Below the pieces are notes generated by a model. The model was not told where the DNA came from and did no database searches. It saw only the letters and a program-made list of their open reading frames with translations. Shown here piece after piece: positions 38,129-45,491 of a stretch of 64,000 nt of DNA. This stretch comes from Gemmatimonadaceae bacterium. GTDB taxonomy: Bacteria; Gemmatimonadota; Gemmatimonadetes; Gemmatimonadales; Gemmatimonadaceae. The stretch is from assembly GCA_035249985.1 (NCBI GenBank), contig DATFFP010000051.1, positions 4,781 through 68,780 on the forward strand. Direction: 5' to 3'. The position numbers and the translations under genes were made by a program. Position 1 is the first letter of the stretch. Each line of letters begins with the position of its first letter.

Positions 38129-38212
38129 CAGAATTCAGAATACAGAATAGAGAATTCAGAGATGACTGCTGAATTCTGAATTCTGTATTCTGAATTCTGT
38201 CATCTTTGCCGT
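38116..38212. repeat. Hairpin element E6: CAGAATW heptad arms (about 44 bp, 33 perfect), 9-nt loop, between convergent hyuB and the HD-GYP gene
   Basis: 5' arm starts at 38116 with acggcaaagatgacagaattcagaatacagaat... 3' arm ends at 38212 with ...attctgtattctgaattctgtcatctttgccgt. Positions 38116-38148 pair perfectly with 38180-38212. The hyuB TGA (38126-38128) is inside the 5' arm. Confidence 0.9.
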
Positions 38213-38228
38213 CAGTAATCCCGAGATC

Positions 38229-40103
38229 CTAATCGGTCAACGACGGCACCCCGTCCCGAGGAGTCCCCAGCGTGTACGCCCCAAAACTCCTCGGATCTGT
38301 CAAGGCGTAGACCCTGGACTCGATGAACGTCGACAGCAGGTCCTTGTCGAGCATCCCCTCCTTCGCCTCCATTCGGAGGATGTCGAGTGCCCGCTCGGAG
38401 GGGACGGCGGGCTTGTAGGGCCGGTCGGTCGCGGTCAGCGCATCGTAGATGTCCGCGATGGTCATGATCCGCGTCTGGACCGGGATCTCATCGCCGCGCA
38501 CCCCGCGCGGGTAGCCCTCGCCGTTGAGCTTCTCGTGGTGCGCGTACGCAATGCGTGGAATGTCGCGCAGCTCGCGCGTCCACGGGATCTGCTGGAGAAA
38601 CCGGAACGTGTGCGTCACATGCGACTCGATCTCGCGGCGCTCCTGCTCGTCGAGGTTGCCACGCGTGATCGTCAGGAATCGCACTTCTTCCTCGGTGAGC
38701 AGTGGTCGCTCCGCGCCGTCGATGTCACGGAACGTGCGCCTCGACAGGCACGCGAGCTCGGCGCCGGCCTCCTCGCTGAGGATCGTCGGCTCGTTCGCGG
38801 CGATGACGGCCGACAGCAGACGGTCCAGCTCCGCCTCGTGCTCGCGAAGCCGCCCGTCGAGCTCGGCGACCAGCGCGTCGTATCCTTCGCGCCCGTTGCG
38901 AAGCAACCATTCGGCGCGCCGACGCTCGTACTCGAGTGCCGCGGTCCGCTTCAGAAAGGCGAACCGCCCGCGGATCGCCTCGATGTCGCTCGAGTAGAGC
39001 TTCTTCTCTTTCACCAGCACCTGCTCGCTCACGCCGACCTTGCCGAAGTCGTGCAGCAGGCTCGCGTAGCGAAGCTCGCGGAGCTGCGTGCGGGAGAAGC
39101 GCGTCCCGCGATACTGGCCGGTCCCGCCGCGATCCACCGCGCGCGCGAGGCTCACCGTCATCGTCGCCACCCGCTCGGAGTGACCGAACGTGGCCGGATC
39201 GCGCGCTTCGATCGCCGACACCGCCGCGGTGACGAAGCCCTCGAAGAGCCGTTCGATGTTCTCGTAGAGCATCGAGTTCTCGATCGACACCGCCGCCTGC
39301 GCCGCGAGGGCGGATACGAGCTCCACGGCCCGCTCGTCGTACGGAAGCACCTCGCGATCGACCGCCTCGGGGGTCGTTAGGCGCGTGCCCATCATCCGCT
39401 TCCGGTTGATCAGCTGCAGCACCCCGACGACCTCGTCGCGATGCGTCGTCATCGGAATCACGAGCATCGACTTCGTGCGATAACCGAACTTCTCGTCGAA
39501 GCTGCGATTCAGACGATAGCTCACGTCCTCCGGCAGCAGATACACGTCGGGGATGACGAGTGGCTCGTGCGTCGCCGCGGTGTATCCGGCGAGGCTCGAA
39601 TTGTCGATCGGCACGGTGAATTCGGAGAGCGGGACGCTGGTCAGCGTCTCGTTCTGGGAAAGCTTGAACCGCAGCGCCTCCGGGTGCCCCGCCTCATCGC
39701 GCTCGACGAGGTACAGCGATCCCGCGTCGCTCGTCGTGATGCGCCGAGCCTGCGAAAGGATCAGTGTGAGCAGTGACAACAGGTCACGCTCGGTGGTGAG
39801 GGCCACGCCGACCCGCGTGAGCTCGGCGAGCTCACGGTGGCGGTCGCGCTCCTGAGCGCGCACCGCTCGATAGGCAACGAGCGAGGCGGCGTGGCGGAAC
39901 GCCCCGCGAAGCTGGACCGCGACGAGCCCGGCCGCCGCGTTGCCCGGCAGGAATCCCGAGAGGAGCTCGGTGGGGAATTCGGGGGGCGGCTCGGCATCGC
40001 CGGGGTCCCCCACACCCACCAGTGCCGCGCGCTCGACGAGGTCGCGCATCGGCCGCAGGTCGCCGTTGAGCGTGTGCAGGAGCGCGCGATCGACGAGGAT
40101 CAC
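38229..40103 (-). CDS. GAF-domain HD-GYP-type cyclic-di-GMP phosphodiesterase
   Basis: 624 aa. A GAF-like region (RITTSDAGSLYLVERDE...VLQLINR) followed by an HD-GYP domain (GHSERVA, LLHDFGKVGV, HHEKLNGEGYPRG). The mapped start is GTG and the frame stays open a further 183 nt upstream. Confidence 0.85.
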   Translation of the reverse strand: MILVDRALLHTLNGDLRPMRDLVERAALVGVGDPGDAEPPPEFPTELLSGFLPGNAAAGLVAVQLRGAFRHAASLVAYRAVRAQERDRHRELAELTRVGVALTTERDLLSLLTLILSQARRITTSDAGSLYLVERDEAGHPEALRFKLSQNETLTSVPLSEFTVPIDNSSLAGYTAATHEPLVIPDVYLLPEDVSYRLNRSFDEKFGYRTKSMLVIPMTTHRDEVVGVLQLINRKRMMGTRLTTPEAVDREVLPYDERAVELVSALAAQAAVSIENSMLYENIERLFEGFVTAAVSAIEARDPATFGHSERVATMTVSLARAVDRGGTGQYRGTRFSRTQLRELRYASLLHDFGKVGVSEQVLVKEKKLYSSDIEAIRGRFAFLKRTAALEYERRRAEWLLRNGREGYDALVAELDGRLREHEAELDRLLSAVIAANEPTILSEEAGAELACLSRRTFRDIDGAERPLLTEEEVRFLTITRGNLDEQERREIESHVTHTFRFLQQIPWTRELRDIPRIAYAHHEKLNGEGYPRGVRGDEIPVQTRIMTIADIYDALTATDRPYKPAVPSERALDILRMEAKEGMLDKDLLSTFIESRVYALTDPRSFGAYTLGTPRDGVPSLTD

Positions 40104-40278
40104 GGTGGGGCGGGATGCGTCGAGCGCCGCGGCAGCCGGAAAGGAGGGAACGCGCCGAATCTCGAGGTCGTCCCCGGAGCGTCCCGAGGGCAGATGCGGA
40201 ATCGCTCGGCCGAGCGCCGCGATGAGCAGAGGCTTCAGATCGCGATCCGCGGTTCGGGTCTCGTCATGGCGTCGGCCC

Positions 40279-41148
40279 TCAGAGTGTCAGCGTCATTCCC
40301 TCCGAGGCCGCGATCACGTCAGTCGTGCCGCCTCGCTCGCGCACCAGCGCCTTGCACTCGTCCACGCGTTGATCGACCTCATCGTCCGAGCGCTCGGGCT
40401 TGTGGTGAAACAGCACCAATCGCTCGACGTTCGCATCAAGAGCCAACGCCACCACATCGTGATACGTCGAGTGGCCCCAGCCGCGATGATGGTCGTACTC
40501 CTCGCGTGTGTACATCGCATCGTGCACGAGCACGCCGGCGTCGCGCACGAAGCGCACGAGGTCGTCACGCCAATGCCCTGGGGAGTCGTACTTCTCCGTT
40601 GCTCCCAGCTCGTTATCCGAGATGTAGACGAGTGCAGGCCCACGCCCGTTTCCGTCGGCGAAGCGATATCCCATGGCCCCACCGGGGTGGCGAACCTCGG
40701 TCGCGCTCACCGTGTAGCCGCGGCCCTCCAGGCTGTCGCCCAATACCGAACGAAAGTCGATGCTGGCCGCGATCTCCTCGAAGGACACGGGGAAGACTAC
40801 CGGTGACATCTGGTCGCGCACGATCCGCTCGACCCTGGCTTCGGTGGTCTGCGCGCCCCAGATGGTGAAGTGGTTGCCACGCTGGAAGATAGGGGCGAAG
40901 AAGGGGAGGCCCTGGATGTGGTCCCAATGGCCATGGGACAGAAAGATGTCGCCCTGGATCGGCGCACCATTCGCCCGGTCGATCAGCGAGCGGCCGAGCT
41001 CCCGGATGCCCGTGCCCGCGTCGAGAATGATCAGCCACCCCTCGCTCGTTCGCACCTCCACACACGGCGTGTTGCCCCCATAGCGCACGGTCTGTGAGCC
41101 CGGGCTAGGGATGGACCCGCGCGTACCCCAGAAGTGAAGGCGGAGCAT
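40279..41148 (-). CDS. MBL-fold metallo-hydrolase
   Basis: 289 aa. FWGTRGS, ILDAGTG and the metal motif LSHGHWDHIQG, then HD...H later. Resembles the PhnP/RNase-Z-like phosphodiesterase branch. Confidence 0.8.
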   Translation of the reverse strand: MLRLHFWGTRGSIPSPGSQTVRYGGNTPCVEVRTSEGWLIILDAGTGIRELGRSLIDRANGAPIQGDIFLSHGHWDHIQGLPFFAPIFQRGNHFTIWGAQTTEARVERIVRDQMSPVVFPVSFEEIAASIDFRSVLGDSLEGRGYTVSATEVRHPGGAMGYRFADGNGRGPALVYISDNELGATEKYDSPGHWRDDLVRFVRDAGVLVHDAMYTREEYDHHRGWGHSTYHDVVALALDANVERLVLFHHKPERSDDEVDQRVDECKALVRERGGTTDVIAASEGMTLTL

Positions 41149-41215
41149 GGTGGTGGAGGAAAGATCGCGGTCGTCGCGAGCGCCGGGCGGTGACAGTCGT
41201 CACCGCGCCTGGTAA

Positions 41216-41344
41216 GTGGGGTCAGGAGTCAGGAGTCAGGGGCCAGGGGGGTCAGCGATTCGGTGCCGGAGTCGCGCGTGCCGGTTCCCTCGAACCTTCA
41301 CCCTGACACCCCCTGATCCCTGACTCCTGACTCCTGACCCCTAC
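41216..41344. repeat. Hairpin element E7: GGGGTCAGG/TCAGGAG heptad arms (about 41 bp, 4 mismatches) around a 45-nt loop
   Basis: Arm 41216-41255 is gtggggtcaggagtcaggagtcaggggccaggggggtcag. Arm 41301-41344 is ccctgacaccccctgatccctgactcctgactcctgacccctac. It ends 1 nt from the crp stop (41346-41348) and lies upstream of the MBL gene start at 41148. Confidence 0.9.
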
Positions 41345-41345
41345 T

Positions 41346-42020
41346 TCAGACTCTCACGTGCGCCATCTGCTCCAACTGGCCGCGATCCGCGATGGTGATC
41401 TGACGACGCTCGACGCTAATGAGGCCGCGATCCTGGAATTCGCGCATCGCGCGCGACACCGTTTCGCGGCTGGCGCCGATCATCTGCGCGATCGTCTGGT
41501 GTGTGAGCGGTTTCGTGATCGTGGGGTTGGCGCCCTCGTCGGCGGCGTCGAGCAGGAGCCGCGCGATGCGGCCGTGCACGTCGAGCAGCACGAGGCTTCC
41601 AATCTGTTCATCGGCTCGGCGCAGGCGTCGCGACAGCTCGACCAGCATCGCCCACGCGACAGCTGGAGACTCTGCCACACGGCGGCGGAAGTCGTCGCGT
41701 CGCAGAATGAGGAGCTTCGCATCATCCATCGCGATCACGTGCGCGGAGCGCGGCTGACCGTCGATGAGCGAGAGCTCGCCGAAGTGCTCGCCGACGCCTA
41801 GCACGCTGAGAATCACCTCACGACCGTCCTCGCCGACGAGCACGACTTTGACGCGTCCGTCGCGGACGATGAACAGCGAATCACCGGGATCGTCCTCGAA
41901 CACGATGACGCTGCCCTTCGGGTAGTCGCGCTCCCGAGTGACTTCCGTGAATCGCTCGAGCTCGTCGCGGCCAATGCCGGAGAGAAGCGGGACGGTTGCG
42001 AGAAACTCTACGATTTCCAT
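41346..42020 (-). CDS. Crp/Fnr-family cyclic-nucleotide-binding transcriptional regulator
   Basis: 224 aa. cNMP-binding domain ([18 protein letters not shown]) and C-terminal HTH ([23 protein letters not shown]). Confidence 0.85.
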   Translation of the reverse strand: MEIVEFLATVPLLSGIGRDELERFTEVTRERDYPKGSVIVFEDDPGDSLFIVRDGRVKVVLVGEDGREVILSVLGVGEHFGELSLIDGQPRSAHVIAMDDAKLLILRRDDFRRRVAESPAVAWAMLVELSRRLRRADEQIGSLVLLDVHGRIARLLLDAADEGANPTITKPLTHQTIAQMIGASRETVSRAMREFQDRGLISVERRQITIADRGQLEQMAHVRV

Positions 42021-42105
42021 GCGAGCACGCCGTTCCGAGGGTGAGAGTGCCGCGGCAACTTACGCCGCGCCACGACATCTGTCAAACGCACAAGCCATTG
42101 TCGCC

Positions 42106-42135
42106 TTGTCTTTTACGGGCCGTCCAGGATATATT
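42106..42135 (+). promoter_or_regulatory. Possible promoter for rpmE-prfA-prmC (TTGTCT-N18-TATATT) in the crp/rpmE divergent gap
   Basis: TTGTCT at 42106-42111 and TATATT at 42130-42135, 34 nt upstream of the rpmE GTG. GAGAGG Shine-Dalgarno-like sequence at 42158-42163. This is a pattern match only. Confidence 0.3.
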
Positions 42136-42168
42136 GCACTGCTACCATCTTTGTCACGAGAGGCACAA

Positions 42169-42372
42169 GTGAAGACCGAAATCCACCCCACGTACGCGAC
42201 CGCCACGGTCAAGTGCGCCTGCGGCAATACGTTCGTCACGCGATCGACCCAGGACGAGATCCACACCGACATCTGCTCGAACTGCCACCCGTTCTATACC
42301 GGGAAGCAGAAGCTGGTCGATACGGCTGGCCGCGTGGAGCGCTTCCGCCAGAAGTACGGTAAGGAACGCTGA
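42169..42372 (+). CDS. rpmE: 50S ribosomal protein L31
   Basis: GTG 42169 is in frame with ORF 41938..42372. [64 protein letters not shown], a Zn-ribbon (C-x-C ... C-x2-C) L31 type A. Confidence 0.9.
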   Translation: MKTEIHPTYATATVKCACGNTFVTRSTQDEIHTDICSNCHPFYTGKQKLVDTAGRVERFRQKYGKER

Positions 42373-42398
42373 GCATTCGCGATCGTCTCGCCGACGCG

Positions 42399-43433
42399 AT
42401 GACGCGGGCGGCGGAGATCGAGCGCGAGTTGTCCGATCCCGCTACTGCGCGAGATTCGCGCCGGCTCGCGGAGCTGGGACGAGAGCATAGCCGGCTCGCA
42501 CCGGTCAAGGAGATGGCGTCCCGTCTCGAGCGGTCCGAGAACGAGCTCGCGCAGGTGCGCGAGCTCGTTGGCGTTGATGATCCCGAGATGGCCGCGGAAG
42601 CACGCGCCGAAGAGGAGCGACTGCGGGCCGAGATCCTCCGCATCGAGACCGCGCTCACGCCGCTCCTCATCCCGCGTGATCCACTCGACGAGCGCGACGC
42701 CATCGTCGAGATCCGCGCTGGCACGGGCGGCGACGAGGCCGCGCTCTTCGCCTTCGACCTGCACCGCATGTACACGCGGTTCATCGAGCGGCAGGGGTGG
42801 AAGTGGGAGACGATCTCGATGTCCGAAGGTACCTTGGGTGGTCTCAAGGAGGTCATCTTCAAGGTGCACGGGAACGACGCGTTCGGCGCGATGCGATGGG
42901 AATCCGGGGTGCATCGGGTGCAGCGCGTGCCGGCGACCGAGAACCAGGGACGCATCCACACATCGGCCGCGACGGTCGCGGTGCTGCCCGAGGCCGAAGA
43001 GGTCGACGTCAAGATCGAGGACAAGGACCTCCGCATCGACGTGTTTCGCGCCTCGGGCCCGGGCGGCCAGGGTGTCAACACCACCGACTCGGCGGTGCGG
43101 ATTACGCACCTCCCGTCCGGGATCGTCGTGAGCCAGCAGGATCAGCGCTCCCAGATCCAGAACCGGGCGCGCGCCATGGAGGTATTGCGAGCGCGCCTTC
43201 TGGACCTCAAGGTCGCGGAGCAGGAAGCCGAGCGCTCTCGCATGCGCAAAACGCAGGTCGGCACCGGCGATCGCTCCGCCAAGATTCGGACGTACAACTT
43301 TCCTCAGAATCGCGTGACCGACCATCGGATCCACCTGACGATGCACGAGCTGTCGCGAATCCTCGAGGGCGAGATCGGCCCGCTGATCGAGGCGCTTCGT
43401 CAGGCGGACATCGAGGAGCGGCTCAATGGCTGA
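42399..43433 (+). CDS. prfA: Peptide chain release factor 1
   Basis: PAT-type tripeptide region ([14 protein letters not shown]), GGQ motif [31 protein letters not shown]. The true start may lie upstream at a non-ATG codon (see findings). Confidence 0.9.
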   Translation: MTRAAEIERELSDPATARDSRRLAELGREHSRLAPVKEMASRLERSENELAQVRELVGVDDPEMAAEARAEEERLRAEILRIETALTPLLIPRDPLDERDAIVEIRAGTGGDEAALFAFDLHRMYTRFIERQGWKWETISMSEGTLGGLKEVIFKVHGNDAFGAMRWESGVHRVQRVPATENQGRIHTSAATVAVLPEAEEVDVKIEDKDLRIDVFRASGPGGQGVNTTDSAVRITHLPSGIVVSQQDQRSQIQNRARAMEVLRARLLDLKVAEQEAERSRMRKTQVGTGDRSAKIRTYNFPQNRVTDHRIHLTMHELSRILEGEIGPLIEALRQADIEERLNG

Positions 43434-44316
43434 CGTGCTGGCGTTCCCCACGTTAGGCACCGTCGCACCGGCACGCGTGGGAGACATCGTTGCGGCGCTG
43501 TCCGCGCATCTGGCAGGGGCCCGGGTTCCCGACGCCCAGCGCGAGGCTCGCGACATCGTCGCGGCGATCGTCGACATGCCGCGGTTCTGGCCATCGATGC
43601 ACCGTGACGCGACGCTGGACGTCGAGCGCTGCCGGCGCGCGTGGGACGCGGCGCGGAAGCGCGCACGCGGGGCGCCGTTCGCGTATGCGGTGGGGCGCGC
43701 CGCCTTCCGGCACCTCACGCTCGACGTGGACGAGCGGGTGCTCATTCCGCGTCAGGAGACGGAGATGCTGGTCGAGTGCATCCTCGATCGAGCCTCGCGC
43801 GGCGTCGCCATCGATGTGGGCACCGGCTCCGGTGCGATCGCGCTCGCGCTCGCGACCGAAGGGGCATACAGCCGCGTAATTGCCACCGACGTATCGAGCG
43901 AGGCGCTGGAGTGCGCGCGGGCCAATGTGGGGCGGCTTTCGTCGTCCCTCCGTGCGCCGGTCGAGCTGCGACTCGGCTCGTTACTCGCCCCGGTTCGGGG
44001 TGAGCGTGCGACCGTGCTCGCGTCGAATCCGCCATACATCACGTACGACGAGGCATGTACGCTGCCCGTGAGCGTTCGAGATTGGGAGCCGCCCCTGGCG
44101 CTCTTCGCGGCACGGAACGGGATGGCCGCGATCGAGACGATCATTCGTGAAGGCGCGGCCATCCTCGAGCCTGATGGACTTCTCGCTCTGGAGGTCGACG
44201 CGCGGCGCGCATCGCTCGCGGCCGAGCTGGCGATGAGCGATGGTCGTTACGGCGATGTGAGCGTCGAGCGGGATTTGGCGGGACGAGACAGAATCCTACT
44301 GGCGATTCGGCGATGA
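43426..44316 (+). CDS. prmC: Release factor glutamine N5-methyltransferase
   Basis: 296 aa, overlaps the prfA end by 8 nt. SAM motif [12 protein letters not shown] and catalytic NPPY (LASNPPYI). Confidence 0.85.
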   Translation: MADVLAFPTLGTVAPARVGDIVAALSAHLAGARVPDAQREARDIVAAIVDMPRFWPSMHRDATLDVERCRRAWDAARKRARGAPFAYAVGRAAFRHLTLDVDERVLIPRQETEMLVECILDRASRGVAIDVGTGSGAIALALATEGAYSRVIATDVSSEALECARANVGRLSSSLRAPVELRLGSLLAPVRGERATVLASNPPYITYDEACTLPVSVRDWEPPLALFAARNGMAAIETIIREGAAILEPDGLLALEVDARRASLAAELAMSDGRYGDVSVERDLAGRDRILLAIRR

Positions 44317-44325
44317 TATCAAAGA

Positions 44326-44430
44326 GAAACGGCAAAGATGACAGAATTCAGAATACAGATTTCAGAATTCAGCAACGACGTCTCTGAATTCTGAAATCTG
44401 TATTCTGAATTCTGTCATCTTTGCCGTTTC
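44326..44430. repeat. Hairpin element E8: perfect 47-bp CAGAATW heptad stem, 11-nt loop
   Basis: 5' arm 44326-44372 is gaaacggcaaagatgacagaattcagaatacagatttcagaattcag. 3' arm 44384-44430 is its exact reverse complement. It shares a 31-nt identical block (acggcaaagatgacagaattcagaatacaga) with E6. It starts 9 nt after the prmC TGA. Confidence 0.92.
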
Positions 44431-44453
44431 TTACCACTTTGAGGTCCCCCTGA

Positions 44454-44807
44454 ATGCTTGAAGACAAAGCCAAAGAGCTCGGCCGCCTGATCGGGCAGAG
44501 CGCCGAATACAAGGCCGTGAAGCGCGCCAACGAGGAGCTCTCCGGCGATCGCGAAGCGGTCGCGCTCCTGCGGGAGCTCGAGAAGCTCCGGGAGGACGCG
44601 CAAAGCATGATCGCACGCGGCGAACAGCCCACCGAGGAGATGGAGCAGAAGCTCGACGAGCTCCTGGGCAAGGTGCAGAGCCACCGGGTCTATCAGGCGG
44701 TCGCCGTCGCGCAGGAAAACTTCGACAAGCTCATGATGCGCGCGAACGAGTGGATTCTCGATGGGATCAAGAAGGGCGCGCAAAGTCCGATCATCACGCT
44801 GGGATGA
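44454..44807 (+). CDS. YlbF/YmcA/YheA-family (UPF0342) protein
   Basis: 117 aa, helical. SAEYKAVKRANEEL...ALLRELEKLREDAQ resembles the conserved N-terminal pattern of this family. Confidence 0.6.
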   Translation: MLEDKAKELGRLIGQSAEYKAVKRANEELSGDREAVALLRELEKLREDAQSMIARGEQPTEEMEQKLDELLGKVQSHRVYQAVAVAQENFDKLMMRANEWILDGIKKGAQSPIITLG

Positions 44808-45487
44808 CCGTGACGCGCGGCCGGCTCATCGTGCTCGAGGGGCAGGAGAGCTCGGGGAAGTCGACGCAGGCCCCGCGTCTGCTCCAGTGGCTCGCTGACC
44901 ACGGTATCGATGCGACGCTTCTCCGTGAGCCAGGCGGCACCGATGCCGGCGAGAAGATTCGGGAAATGGTGCTGCACGTTCCGTATCAGCTCACCCCGGC
45001 CACGGAAGCCCTTCTGTTCATGGCGTCCCGTGCGGAGCTCGTCGATCGGGTGATCAAGCCGAACCTGCGTGAAGGCCGGTCGGTGATTCTGGATCGTTTT
45101 TTTCTTTCGACGTACGCGTATCAGGTCGCGGGTCGTGGGTTGGACCCCGAGCTGGTGGCCAGCGCGAATGCCCTGGCCACGCAGGGACTGGTTCCTGACC
45201 TTACGGTCGTGCTGACGTTGTCCGCTGCGGCACGACGAGCGCGCCTCGATCGTCGCGGCGGACACGACAAGATCGAGCGCGCGGGCGACCAGTTTCACGC
45301 CCGTGTCGACGCGGCTTTCGAGCGATTCCTCGACCCCGCGTGGCAGGCCGGCCATCCCGAAGCCGGACCGATCATCGGGATCGACGGGGCTGGCACCGAA
45401 GATGAGGTGCTGAACCGTATCACAGCCGCGCTTACACGGGCGTGGCCCGAAACTTTCGCGGTCTCATCAGGGTTTCACCACCAGTGA
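44804..45487 (+). CDS. tmk: Thymidylate kinase
   Basis: ORF 44750..45487 trimmed to MTVTRGRLIVLEG (ATGA overlap with the previous stop). P-loop EGQESSGKSTQ, REPGGT, and DRFFLSTYAYQ (DR(Y/F) motif). Confidence 0.85.
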   Translation: MTVTRGRLIVLEGQESSGKSTQAPRLLQWLADHGIDATLLREPGGTDAGEKIREMVLHVPYQLTPATEALLFMASRAELVDRVIKPNLREGRSVILDRFFLSTYAYQVAGRGLDPELVASANALATQGLVPDLTVVLTLSAAARRARLDRRGGHDKIERAGDQFHARVDAAFERFLDPAWQAGHPEAGPIIGIDGAGTEDEVLNRITAALTRAWPETFAVSSGFHHQ

Positions 45488-45491
45488 TGCA

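Noticed and set aside
41187-41206. The small 8-bp hairpin gcggtgac-agtc-gtcaccgc upstream of the MBL gene, as a separate regulatory element or terminator.
   Set aside because: It is short, has no U-tract on either strand and is not repeated elsewhere in the window. It is noted under E7 but the evidence is too weak for a feature call.
42399-43433. A programmed +1 frameshift of the kind known for release factor 2.
   Set aside because: The protein carries the RF1-type PAT-like tripeptide context and is a single uninterrupted frame. The RF2-type frameshift site (CUU UGA C) is not relevant here.
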